Shown here in pieces: positions 1 through 11,000 of a stretch of 64,000 bases of DNA. The notes beneath the pieces were generated by a model. The model saw only the letters and a program-made list of their open reading frames with translations, ran no database searches and had not been told where the DNA came from. Location: positions 85,126,001-85,190,000 of the forward strand of contig CM097886.1 of assembly GCA_044892525.1 (NCBI GenBank), read 5' to 3'. Position 1 is the stretch's first letter. Each line of letters begins with the position of its first letter. Source of the DNA: Schmidtea polychroa. Taxonomy: Eukaryota. Both the position numbers and the translations under genes were made by a program.

Positions 1-1945
1 GCGGATTCAGTAGATAAAAATTAACTCTATATTCTAGATTTTCGATATTAGGTCGACTCACGATAAGACCACTCAATACACTCGATCGACTGCCGCCTTC
101 CTCAATCGACTCATTAGATGACTTTATCAAATTATCAGCCGATTTTCCCCGTCGAAAATTTATCTGGCCCTGGGCAACTAATGATTCTCCTATCGCTATT
201 GATATCTTCACTCGGACTCACGGCAAGTAATTTATTCCCTTATCAAAAAGTTTGTTTACTTTCCCATTTTAGACGAGCCGCTGTCAACGTCAAACCAAAC
301 TTTATCAGATATTCAATGTCAAGCTAAAGTCTAAATTAGTCAATGAATGGGTTTACTCGCTAATGTCCCTGCAATGTACCTCTCGGGATTCAATTTTTAA
401 GTGCTTAGCAGAACTTCCGGTGAAAACTCTAACAATTCATCGTCCATCCCTACTCAGACATCTATCGATATTCAACGGAAAAGCAAATTTTCCTGACAGT
501 AACGAACTACTGATCTCAATCCGAAAAATTGTCTCCGACTTTGGAAAGTTACATTATTTGCTCTGAAACTCCGGCGTGAAAAAAAAAACGAAAGATCCTC
601 TATCAGATCGCGCTCGATGTGAGAAATTCCATTTTCAACAGTATTCCACCTGCGGAGTCTCCTCACCCCTCATGACCCACCCAAGAAGGCAATCATCTCT
701 GCCGCCGTTCTTGCATCGTCATGAGGGACCGTTCGACCCGTTTTCACAAAATCAACATTTAATATACAATTTATGAATAATAAAATGAATGAATGAATCA
801 AATAACAGCAAATGAATCAATAAAAATAAATGAATCAATAAAGCTCACCCGGCGACCCTATCATTTGGACTCCAAGTATGATGTTATTCATTCCACACAA
901 CCGCAGCCTCATCATACCCTTGGTAGATCTCTCATATGATAAATATCCTTCTCTGCAAATATCACATTCTCATTTTCAGCATCTTCGGGATTTCTTATGA
1001 AGGTCAACCTTCCCACTGTCGCGTTCTCTACCGTGGTACATTTCCAACTCGTCCACATCATACTGGGAGCTCTCAGATGGTACAGTCGCCGGCACCATGA
1101 AGAAAAGGCCATTTGTATTTCAATAAATTTATTTTTCGAAATGAGTTTTGTTTTTCATCATTAATAAATTAACCAATACATATAAATCAATCAGCCTACC
1201 GATAGTTTCAAAAACTGGAACGAAATCGAATTTAAACTAAAGGTAAGTTCTGAAAATCTCTGGAATTAGCGTTTGCGATTCTAGTCCTGAATTCGGTGAA
1301 ATATCTGAAGTCTATGCTCTGTAATCGTGAAAAATTAAAAGTGGTTCTAAGTTTTTTCTAAAATTTTACCTGTAATCGTGAAAAATTAAAAGTGGTTGTC
1401 GTCTAATTTTTCACGTTACATATATAGTATTTTTCGTCCAATCAGGACGCTACCTGCTTGTATTTTTACTATTTATTATTATTTTTATGTTTTTTATTAT
1501 AATATATTAGATTTTAATGACTTAACTTATTTCTTATTATTATTTTATTTATTTTCTTATTTTTATTATTTTCCTCCTATTTTTCCTGTAGGTTTATTGC
1601 TACTTTATTGTAATATAATTTTTTGTTTTAATTAGACTTAAAGATAGTTTTATTTTTTATTTATTTCTTAAATTTCTCTTTTATTTGTTGTCACTTTTTT
1701 ACTTATTTTATTCTATTTCATCTGCTGGGTCCTAAATCGCTTTATTTCTAAATCTCAAGGGGTTTATTGGGTTTTATTTAGTTTGTTTTACTTATTCTTA
1801 TTCTCTTATTGATATTTTATTGTTCCTTTTTGATTTATTAGCGAGAATTTGATGGTACTTTATATTTTTATTTTATTTCGTTTATTTTTCAAGGATTACT
1901 TTTCTATTCGCTCCAGTTTTCGAAACTCCACGTTTTAGCCCAACA
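1..1945 (-). repeat. 3' LTR, truncated by the window start
   Basis: Matches 26408-28353; by eye the only difference seen is A10 vs A11 in a homopolymer near 580/26990; ends GCCCAACA on + (TGTTGGGC on -). Confidence 0.95.
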
Positions 1946-2176
1946 AATCACTCCGGGGCCCGTTAAAATTGCGCCCCGCAATTCACATAATATCATGCGT
2001 TTAACTCATACCTTTTTTCGGCATAACAACTAATTCCACGGTCAACATTCACACAAACATAAAATTAAAATAACTAAATAATACTTTAATTAAACAGATA
2101 AAAGGACAAATATAAGCAAGCAGTGGCCACTTTAGGTGACCGGATTTATACACACAAAGTTTATGAATGGTCGATG

Positions 2177-2803
2177 TCACATGATCTCAAGGTTCGGAAT
2201 GTCTTGGTTGGTTGAATTCTGGGTCGGATGGCTGGTTGAAGTTGTTATCGTGGGGAGCTGGATTGTAACAGGCATTTGGTCAGGAGATAGATTTTGTTGC
2301 ATTTGGTCGGGTGGGTTTGGTTGTTGAAAATGTACTGCTCGTTTATGTTTATTTTTCGATCGTGGGTTCTTTCTTTCGTGTTTTTCGGATAGTGACTGGT
2401 TTCTTCTCCATGTTCGATGAATATCATACGCTTTCCAGATGACTAGTGCGCAGATGATAAGGGTTTCACTGATGGTAGTATAGAGTAAGACTTGGCTTTC
2501 TTTTACTTCCTTCTTCATGATGATTTCCTTCAAGGATTGTTGGGTGGTTTGTTCTTGTAAGAGAATTTCGAGCTGTTCGATTTTTTGGGTTTGTAGGTGG
2601 AGTTGCATTTGAAGTTTTTGCCAGACGGCTTTGTTCCAGCATTGTTTCGGGATGTAGTTGGAGAGCTTTCTTTCGCTTTTTAGTTTGGTTAACGGGTTTT
2701 GCTGTTTCTCGGGATTCTCCCAGAGTGTTGGGATTGGCTGCCACATGGGTATTCCGTTTATCGCTATCATCATTATTGTCACCAGGGTTGCTTCGAACCA
2801 CAT
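2177..2803 (-). CDS. Accessory 208-aa membrane protein (signal, coiled coil, TM, basic tail)
   Basis: MWFEATLVTIMMIAING; LQMQLHLQTQKIEQLEILL; TLIICALVIW; last ORF before the 3' LTR. Confidence 0.72.
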   Translation of the reverse strand: MWFEATLVTIMMIAINGIPMWQPIPTLWENPEKQQNPLTKLKSERKLSNYIPKQCWNKAVWQKLQMQLHLQTQKIEQLEILLQEQTTQQSLKEIIMKKEVKESQVLLYTTISETLIICALVIWKAYDIHRTWRRNQSLSEKHERKNPRSKNKHKRAVHFQQPNPPDQMQQNLSPDQMPVTIQLPTITTSTSHPTQNSTNQDIPNLEIM

Positions 2804-2858
2804 ACTGCTATACGAAAATTTTTATTTACAATTATTTACATTGATCATTCATCTTTAA

Positions 2859-3560
2859 TTATTGCCGGGTTTTCTTTTTACGGGTTTTCTCGGATGTTCT
2901 CATCACTCTCGTTTCTGCTTTTATTACTCGTTTTCTCAATTCGGGTAGTACTTTTAATTGTTTGTCTCTTTCGTCTAACTGTTGCCTTAGGGTTATTATT
3001 TTTTCTTTTAGTGCTTTTATTTCTTGTGTTGCTCTTTCGAGGTTTCTATGGTTCATTATCTGTAGAAAATCATTTTCCCTTTCCCCGTCTTCTTCGTTGT
3101 CTATTTCCTGGTATTTGTTGTTCATTCGTCTCATTATCTCACATTCTTTCTGTTTTTGGTGTAGTTGGAGTTGTAACTCTTTCAGGCTTTCTTGGTGTTT
3201 CCGTGCCTCGGTTTTCCAATAGTCACTAATCACTTCGTCGGCCTTTCGACTGGCCCTCTCCTGCCATAATTCTTCCGCGATCTTTTCCCAATTTCTCCCT
3301 CGCTTTCTTTGCTCGTGAAGCCATTCGTTTTCTTCCTCTACTTCTTTCTTTACTCCTTCTAACAAGATATATTCTCTTTTCAATACTTTAATCATTTTTC
3401 GATTATCTCTCCACCTTTCAACTAATCTTTCGTTTTCCTGTCTCTCTTCTTGTAATTCTTCCTTGATAGTTTTCTTCCTCTCCACTTCATCAACTTCAAT
3501 TTCTCCCTCTTCTAACTCGATTATAGATGTTATGCTGGGTTGTCCGTTTTCAGTGTTCAT
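2859..3560 (-). CDS. Accessory 233-aa coiled-coil protein
   Basis: ATG-initiated ORF, heptads, basic C-terminus. Confidence 0.78.
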   Translation of the reverse strand: MNTENGQPSITSIIELEEGEIEVDEVERKKTIKEELQEERQENERLVERWRDNRKMIKVLKREYILLEGVKKEVEEENEWLHEQRKRGRNWEKIAEELWQERASRKADEVISDYWKTEARKHQESLKELQLQLHQKQKECEIMRRMNNKYQEIDNEEDGERENDFLQIMNHRNLERATQEIKALKEKIITLRQQLDERDKQLKVLPELRKRVIKAETRVMRTSEKTRKKKTRQ

Positions 3561-3742
3561 TTTCTATAATATATACATAATTAATAATTGCGCTACAGTG
3601 CGGCTTATACTTATACATTTATATGTTATTTTATAATCAGGGTTACAGTCCCTTTCATACTTTTACTGTACCATTAATTTTTTTTTTTTTTTGGTTGGGA
3701 TACAGGTCCCGATTTTTATATTTTTTATCTTTCCTCTTATCT

Positions 3743-4780
3743 TTATACAAAGGTCTCTTCCTGGCCTACATATCCCTCATCGCTTTCTACTGACGTTTGT
3801 AATTGGAGTGCGATGGGATCAAATGGGATGTAGTACCGGGGAATCTGCGCTCTAAGTTCTTGCACTTCGTCTCTTAGTGCTCTTGACACGTTAAGTTCCT
3901 CGTCCAACAGGTATGTTAGATACCTGGTTTCATCGTCTCTCACCTCTATCTGTTTTTCTAGCTCTTCCGCTTTTTCGCCGTTTTCCCATTTCTTGATCTC
4001 TATCTCCAGATTTTTAAGATTTTCGTTATACATTTTCCTTTCGTTTTCTAACTTTTTGTTTTTCCCCGCCAGTACCATATTTCTCTGCTCCAGAGCTCCT
4101 TGGTATCCGTTGACATCTCGTTCTAGTTCTGCGACCTTATTCACCAGTTCTACGAGTCGTCCTGACTGTTGAAGTATCAGTTCTTCCATTGCGGCATTCT
4201 CGTGCTCCCTTATGGAGATTTTCATGGCTAGATGTCTTTCAAATTCCATGGCTTTGGTCTGCCATGTTTGGCTTCGGGCCGCAATCTTTCTGAGCCGTTT
4301 CAGTTCTTCTCTTATGACCAGATTTTCCTCCCATTTGCCTTGTTCGCTTTCGTATTCTAATCTCATAGGCAATTCTTTCATTTCTTTTTTCATCTCTTTG
4401 TTCTGCCGCTTCCAGTTTCGGGCTTCTGCCAATAGGTGATTCATTTTCCTTCCTTCCTTTTGTTTTTCTGCTTCTCGTTTTGTGTTTTCGTCCGTCAATC
4501 GTTTCCGTGCTTCCTGCACTAACTGTTTTAAATAGTGGCTGTGCGCTTCTTGGCGAGTGTTTTCCAATGATGCCCACTTAGAGGCTCTTTTGCATGCTTC
4601 TGCTTCGGCTCTTAAATTGTTTACTAACCACTGATATTTGTTATTCTCGTATTCCCTGGCCTCTTCGAGATGGTTGTGGGTCTGGTTCGTCAATTGTAAC
4701 ATTACTTTGACCCATTTTCCCTTATGGATTTTATTGACTTTGGTTTCGTGGTTTGGGGCTTCAGTTCCTTCTTGTGTCAT
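3743..4780 (-). CDS. Accessory 345-aa coiled-coil protein
   Basis: ATG-initiated long ORF, E/K/R/L-rich heptads; no family recognised. Confidence 0.8.
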   Translation of the reverse strand: MTQEGTEAPNHETKVNKIHKGKWVKVMLQLTNQTHNHLEEAREYENNKYQWLVNNLRAEAEACKRASKWASLENTRQEAHSHYLKQLVQEARKRLTDENTKREAEKQKEGRKMNHLLAEARNWKRQNKEMKKEMKELPMRLEYESEQGKWEENLVIREELKRLRKIAARSQTWQTKAMEFERHLAMKISIREHENAAMEELILQQSGRLVELVNKVAELERDVNGYQGALEQRNMVLAGKNKKLENERKMYNENLKNLEIEIKKWENGEKAEELEKQIEVRDDETRYLTYLLDEELNVSRALRDEVQELRAQIPRYYIPFDPIALQLQTSVESDEGYVGQEETFV

Positions 4781-5001
4781 CTTTGTCTAAATAATGATAT
4801 CATTAACTTAACGTTGTACGCTTATATCTGGTTTATTATTTATTTATTTTTATAATTCGTTATAGGAGTTGTTTTAGGAGTTTTTCGCTTAAGTTTACCT
4901 TTGGTAGATTTGGGGGGAATTTTTCTACACTACTATATAATATTTTACTGGATATATACGCCGATATTTACAATTTATTATATACAAAATTATTCGTCTC
5001 A

Positions 5002-6390
5002 CTACTCAGTCCTACTCTTCTCATCTCGCCTCACCGCTATTTTTATGTATATAGTGTCGTTTCTCGTCATGTCTTCTACTTTCCGCTGTAGGATGAAATT
5101 TGGTGCTCCAGTTGCTGGTCCTTCTTCTTCCAAGGGCCTTTGGTAACATACGAGGTTTCCCGCTGTATGGAAACTCTGTTCGTGTATACTTTGATAGTTC
5201 ATCATTGCGAGGTCTATTTTTGCTTTGAATGGCCATTCTATTAACTCGTCGTATGGCCCTTTGCACATCAAGAAGAATACTGAGAAATGCGTTCCGTATG
5301 CACTTCCATCCCCATTGGGGTATGCTTTCATTTTCATTTTATACCCGTTTTTCCATGAGTAGAATGCTGGACTTAGTAATGTTGTATCCTTTCCATTTCT
5401 CGCTCTCTGCATCTTCTCTTTTACTCCCGTTATTTTCCATATGTACGGAGCCGTAGGTATTAATTCGTTGAGGTTTAATTCGCTTACTTTTTGATGTAGT
5501 TCTTTCACCATAATGTTGCTAGTTTCTACTAGGTCTGTCTGTATCTTTGTACTTGTTCTCGCCTCTTCAAATGCTTCCTTTTCTTCCAATAGTTCTTTTA
5601 CCAACGCTTTTAGCGAGACTATTTCTCTTTCTAAGTTTTCGGTTTTCCTTTCGTTTTCCTGTAATACCGTTGACCATATTTCCGCGTGTGTTGATACGTT
5701 TTCTGCTAGATGTTGGGGTAATTCCCCTCGGTGTAATTGTTTCGGACATCCCCATTTTCCTAGCACACACGTTATCTTTTTTCTTTCACACTCTTTTAGG
5801 TGTTGAGCGAGTTTTATTACTCCGGGTTTATCGCATTTGTTGGGGCATTCTCCTCTGAATTCTGCGCACATTTTCTCCTCTTGTATGTTGTGATGTTGAC
5901 TGATTAGTTTCTTCCAGGTGTCGTTTTCTCCGCAATACTCGCATTTCTCTAGTCTTTCTTCACATCGACTTTGATGTTCTGCTTCTTCATTGACTTTAAT
6001 CTCTTCTTGGCAACGTTTGCATTGACTGATTTTATACTCACATTGCTCCATATGTTGCCTCACTTCCCATATCCCTCCTCGCCAATTACATGGGGTGTTT
6101 TTACATCCTAGGTTTGCATTCAACATATCCTTTACAGCTGCTTTATCTTCGTTTGTATCTCCCAAACTTGTTATCATTGTTTCTTTGCATACTGGGCACC
6201 ATTGTGGTCCCTTCTTTATTATCTCCTCTACGCATTCTCTGCACATTCTGCATCCACATCTGGTTTGGTGAGGTTCTCTTAATAAGCTCTTGCATATCCC
6301 ACACGTTACATGGTTGTGTATTCGAATTGTGGTGGACTTTCTGACTTGTTCAACAATTTCTTTGAATTCTTCTCGTTGTCGCTTATCCAT
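5002..6390 (-). CDS. Intronless full-length TRAF-family protein (RING, TRAF zinc fingers, coiled coil, MATH)
   Basis: CGICKSLLREPHQTRCGCRMCREC...CPVC; several CX3-4C..H..C fingers; YIWKI...LSPAFYS..GYKM...YPNGDG..GTHFSVFF...GPYDELIEWPF. Confidence 0.95.
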   Translation of the reverse strand: MDKRQREEFKEIVEQVRKSTTIRIHNHVTCGICKSLLREPHQTRCGCRMCRECVEEIIKKGPQWCPVCKETMITSLGDTNEDKAAVKDMLNANLGCKNTPCNWRGGIWEVRQHMEQCEYKISQCKRCQEEIKVNEEAEHQSRCEERLEKCEYCGENDTWKKLISQHHNIQEEKMCAEFRGECPNKCDKPGVIKLAQHLKECERKKITCVLGKWGCPKQLHRGELPQHLAENVSTHAEIWSTVLQENERKTENLEREIVSLKALVKELLEEKEAFEEARTSTKIQTDLVETSNIMVKELHQKVSELNLNELIPTAPYIWKITGVKEKMQRARNGKDTTLLSPAFYSWKNGYKMKMKAYPNGDGSAYGTHFSVFFLMCKGPYDELIEWPFKAKIDLAMMNYQSIHEQSFHTAGNLVCYQRPLEEEGPATGAPNFILQRKVEDMTRNDTIYIKIAVRRDEKSRTE

Positions 6391-6479
6391 TTCTATAATT
6401 ATATATATACATATATTCGTTACTGGTACAGTTTCGTATTTTTATTTACAGTTATTTACATTGCTATTTTAGGTTATAT

Positions 6480-6839
6480 TTATTGGCTGGAAGAGTCGGC
6501 CTCTTGTCCGCCCTCTTCCCTGTTGGTTAACCATTCTGACCAGTCTTCTATCTCCTCTCGCTCCATCTCTTCCGCGATTCTTATTAACTCCTCTTCTTGC
6601 ACCTGGCTGTATCGTGATATTCGGTCTATCTCTCGCTGCATTTGTTCTATTTTCATTCGTTGGTCTTCGATTATTCTTACATAATTGAAGCCTTTATTTA
6701 AACTTTCGACTAAGCTTCTTTGTACAGCGAGTCCTTGTTCCTGTAAATTCGAAATCACTTGAGTTAACATTGCACATTGTTGTTTCCACATCTCCTCGGT
6801 TGTTGTACTGTGGTTTACTTCCTCGCCTATTCGCTCCAT
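6480..6839 (-). CDS. Accessory coiled-coil protein, about 119 aa from ATG 6839
   Basis: ORF between the polyprotein and TRAF; heptad pattern and acidic tail. Confidence 0.65.
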   Translation of the reverse strand: MERIGEEVNHSTTTEEMWKQQCAMLTQVISNLQEQGLAVQRSLVESLNKGFNYVRIIEDQRMKIEQMQREIDRISRYSQVQEEELIRIAEEMEREEIEDWSEWLTNREEGGQEADSSSQ

Positions 6840-7007
6840 TCTTAATTTATATATACTTTTCAATCCTTATCTAATTTTATTTTCATATTAATTATCCCCA
6901 TCATTATATACTATTGATACCGCGCTTATATAAAAATATAGAATACTGTTATATAAATAAATATTTCATACTTACTTTTTACAATCTATATACAGTCATA
7001 ATCCTTT

Positions 7008-8020
7008 CTATATACGTGAGCTTGGAGGGCGCTGAGCATTCCAGGCCTCCACCCACTGTTCCTGCTTGATATTACTTGGTCGTTTTACACGATGTTGAAA
7101 ATTTCTTATTCTGGCCATTTCTAGTTCTCCGTGATGCCGTCTATCTTTGATTATTTTTATTGTCCCCCCCGTTATGATTAAAAAGGCCCCTGTTATTATT
7201 ATGCCGCTGATCCACATCATCTGTTTTATGCTTATAATTTCCGCTTTTTCCTTGCTCGTTATTGTTGATATTGCTTCTGTGCTTTTTAGATTACCGTCTT
7301 TGCCATTTCCTTTCATCATTCCTCGTATTCTTGCTATTTCCTCGTTCATACCTTCCTTTGCCATTTTTTGTATTTTCTCCATCTCCTCCTCGGATACATA
7401 ATTGTCTTGATGTTTCTCACTGTTTTTCTTGCGTTTTCCTTGCTCATCTTTTTCATCATCGATTTTTCTTTTCTTCCCTCTTTTCCCAGGGTATCGTCGA
7501 CATTCTCTCGCTGTATCTTTTCTCCAGATGCATATTGTGTATTCTTTTGGAGGTTGTTGCTGTATTACATATTGTAGACAGTCTTCACCCGGTCTTAATC
7601 TTGCGATGCAGACTTTGTGTTCTTTTCTTGGCTGGAGTTGCGTTATCACTACCTCACCTCCTTTTCCCAGGTGTACCTCCTTCCCTTTGACTTTCGTTAT
7701 TCTCTTTCCTTCTCGATTTCGGTATGCTTCTTGTATTCTTACTTCCGTTATTGGTTCTGCATCTTCATTTTTTAACACTAGTCTCTGATAAGCTCTAGAC
7801 ATACATCTTCCTAATATACACCTTTCTTTTAAATCCCATTCTTCTTTTAGATCCCATTGCTGCTCTTGTACTTGTTTTTTCTTTTCTTGTTTTAGTTCTT
7901 CCTCTTTGTTGTCCTTATTTTCCGTTTCTTTGGCTTCTTTTATCGTTCTCATTCCTCCCTGGGCTGTTATCATTTCCACCATTGTTAGTACGAGTATCAT
8001 TATCATCATATTTGTCTCCA
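7008..8020 (-). other. C-terminal type I membrane protein (signal-like segment, Cys-containing FN3-like ectodomain, TM, short tail)
   Basis: MMIMILVLTMVEMITAQG; VVITQLQPRKEHKVCIA; WISGIIITGAFLIITGGTI. Confidence 0.55.
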
Positions 8021-11000
8021 TTTCTTTGTTGGTAAAAAGTAGGCATACCCTCTGTTTTCCACTATTCGTCTTTTCTTCTTGCTTTATTCGGTTTCTCGGG
8101 TTATTTTCCTCTTTTTTCCTACTCGCGTCGTTATTTTCTTGATTATTCTCCTCTGATTTCTCTTTCTCTTTATTCCCGTTTCGACCTTTTTCATTATTAT
8201 CGTCGTCTTTATCGTCTTTATCGTCTTTATCTCCCCCGCTATCGTTTAAAATGTCGTCCTCGACATTTATATCATTCAACAATCTGCGGTATGCCGTTAG
8301 CACTCTGTTTCTTGCTAATTTTGCTTCGAGTTCGAACTCCTTTCTGCCTGTTGCTACATGTCTCTTTCTATTCCATTCTTTCACTAATTCTCTTAATTGT
8401 ATCCGACGATGTTTCCCGATTCGCTTTTGTTCGTTTAGATTCTGCGTGAATTTGAGATCTTCCCTGTTTAATACGATCATTATGATTTTCGGAGTTCCTC
8501 CTTTTGTTAGTGTATTTTTAACCATAGCATTTTCTCCGTTTTCGTAGAACTCATTTATATTTATTGCATATTTATTGCTTTGTGGTATTCTCCATGTTAG
8601 CAGCAACTTCATGGCTTCTAAGTTCATCCGTATCGTGTTCCATTGGAACTGTGACGTGTTTTTACAGATATTTTCTACCTCAGTTCTTGTAGCATTTTTA
8701 CAAATGAATCTAATCATTTCCAAGTTTGGTTGTATTGTTGCCCAATCCATGGTAGAATTTCCTTCGTTTGATCTTTCGTCAAGTCTCGAACCTGATTGAT
8801 GTAGTATATGTAATGTTTTCGGGTGTATATTTGTTATGGCTGCATACATCATTGCTGTTTCCCCTTGTTCATTTTTTGCATTAGATTCTTCTCCGAAGTC
8901 TCTGAGAATTCTTATGATGGTTATTGCTCTGTTCTCTTTTGCTGCTAAAATGGCTTGTTGTAATGGTGTTCTTGAGTCTTTTGTTGGTAAGGTGAATGCT
9001 AGTGGTATAAATGTTTTTATTTTTCCTATGTCTAGATTTGTGGTCTGATCTCTTGCGTAGGTGTGTACTGTTTTGGTTATTTTTGCTAGTATCGCTTCAT
9101 CGGATAGATCTTGCATTTCTTCAAAGAATACTTCTTTAGCCTTACGTACTACTATCTCTTGGTCGGAGTTTATTGTCTTTGGTTTACTTATTGTTGCTAT
9201 ATCGGTTATTGGTTGATCGACTTGTTCCTCAGACTCTCTTGCTTTTACTTTCTTCATTTTTATCTTTTTCTTGTTCGAACTGTTAATGCGTTCCTCTGCC
9301 GTTAGAACTTGAATAATACTTAGGTAGTTTTCTCGAATGTTGTTCATAGTTTCCATCATATGTAAAACACTCACGGTGTCCCAAAATTTTACTTGTACTT
9401 TATCGGTAAATTGAGATATAGCTTTTTCGAAGTTGGTAATTCGTTTTCTGATTAGTTGTTCGTCTTTGTGATTTGAGAATTTTATGCCACGTTGTAGTAG
9501 TTGATTTGGAATTTCGAATAGGTGATGTCCTCTCATCGCTTCTCTCATCAAGGTGTTTTCTCCTTTGGTAAATGTTTCGTTTATATCTACCATATAGTCG
9601 TTTTTTATCGGGTTCCTCCATGCAATTAGTATTCCAGTAATTGTTGTTAATTTCTCTTTGATTGCAGTTAATAGCCCGTCATACATGTTTCCTATCTCTC
9701 TATTATCCTCGTATGATATTAGATCTACTAAGATTATGAAGGCTTCCGTACTTTTCCCTTCGATTGCATGATGTAATGCATTTTTCTGGTTGTGATCTTG
9801 TGTGGTTATCTTTGACCCAGTTTCAAGTAATGCGATGATAATATCTCTAGCTTTATCCCGATTGGCTGCTATCATTAGTGGAGTGTAACCTTGGTTGTTT
9901 TCTTGATCTGTCGAAATGTTACAATCGCGAAATGCTTCAATTGTTTCTAATATCTGTTCGTTACTACCCACCTTTAAAAGCTTGTGCAGGGGTGTGTCTC
10001 CGTAATGGTCTGTGATCGTGAATAATATAGGCCATTGACTTTTAACTACCCTGAGCAATGGGTGTGTTCTTTCTCGGTTTGCATAATTTTCGATCATTGT
10101 TAGCAGACCTCCCAATATCTCAAAATCTAATCTGTCTTCTGCCCATCCGGGCATTTTAACTTTTACTTCCTTTATGATTTTCTCGGCTTCTGATGGTTGT
10201 AACCCTAATCGATTACCTGTTGGTTCGTTTATTTGCTGTAACATGTTTATTCTATACGTTTGTGATCTTGTCGTTAGTGTACGTCCTTCTGGCTGACTGG
10301 TGGCGGTTTTCGGAATTGGCTTACATCGTGCAACATTTACGTATATTGGTCTTGTAAAAGGGTTGTTCACTAATCGTACTCTTACATTAGTTTCTCCGAC
10401 GAATAGAATCTCATACGGCCCTTTACCGTTTCGTTGTAATTTTTTGGTGGTTCCTGGAATTAATTCTGGTGTTTCAATCATCACCCAATCGCTTGTTTGA
10501 AACGTATGCTGTTTGACGTTTTTCTTTCTATCATGTAACTCTTTGTAACTTTCTTGATAAAATTTTATATTCAATCCTGCGGTTTCCCAGATTTCCTGCA
10601 TTCTTTCCTTGAACTTAGTTACATAATCGTCTATTTCCATGTATTGTGATATCGGTGGCTGATATTCTAAATCCATTGGCATATTGCATTCTCTGCCGTA
10701 CATCAACTTGAACGGACTCATCTTTGTGGACGCGTGAATCGACATTCTGTAAGCCATTAGACATAATTTTATATATTCATCCCAGTCTCGTTGATGACGA
10801 TCGACATAATTTGATAACATTTGAATCAGTGTTCCATTGAATCTTTCTGTCATACCATTAGTTTGTGGATGGTACGGTGATGTTCTTAATTTTGCGATCT
10901 TGAAGTAGTTGGTGGGGAATTTTGTCAAATAATCTGTGATTACCAATATATATATATTTCCTCTATCTGATTCTGGTAGTGGACCGACTACGTCCATTGA

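Noticed and set aside
118-1635. Short ORFs in the LTR (and copies at 26373-28043)
   Set aside because: 60-81 aa, no motifs, alternative starts or low complexity; being identical in both LTRs only reflects the repeat
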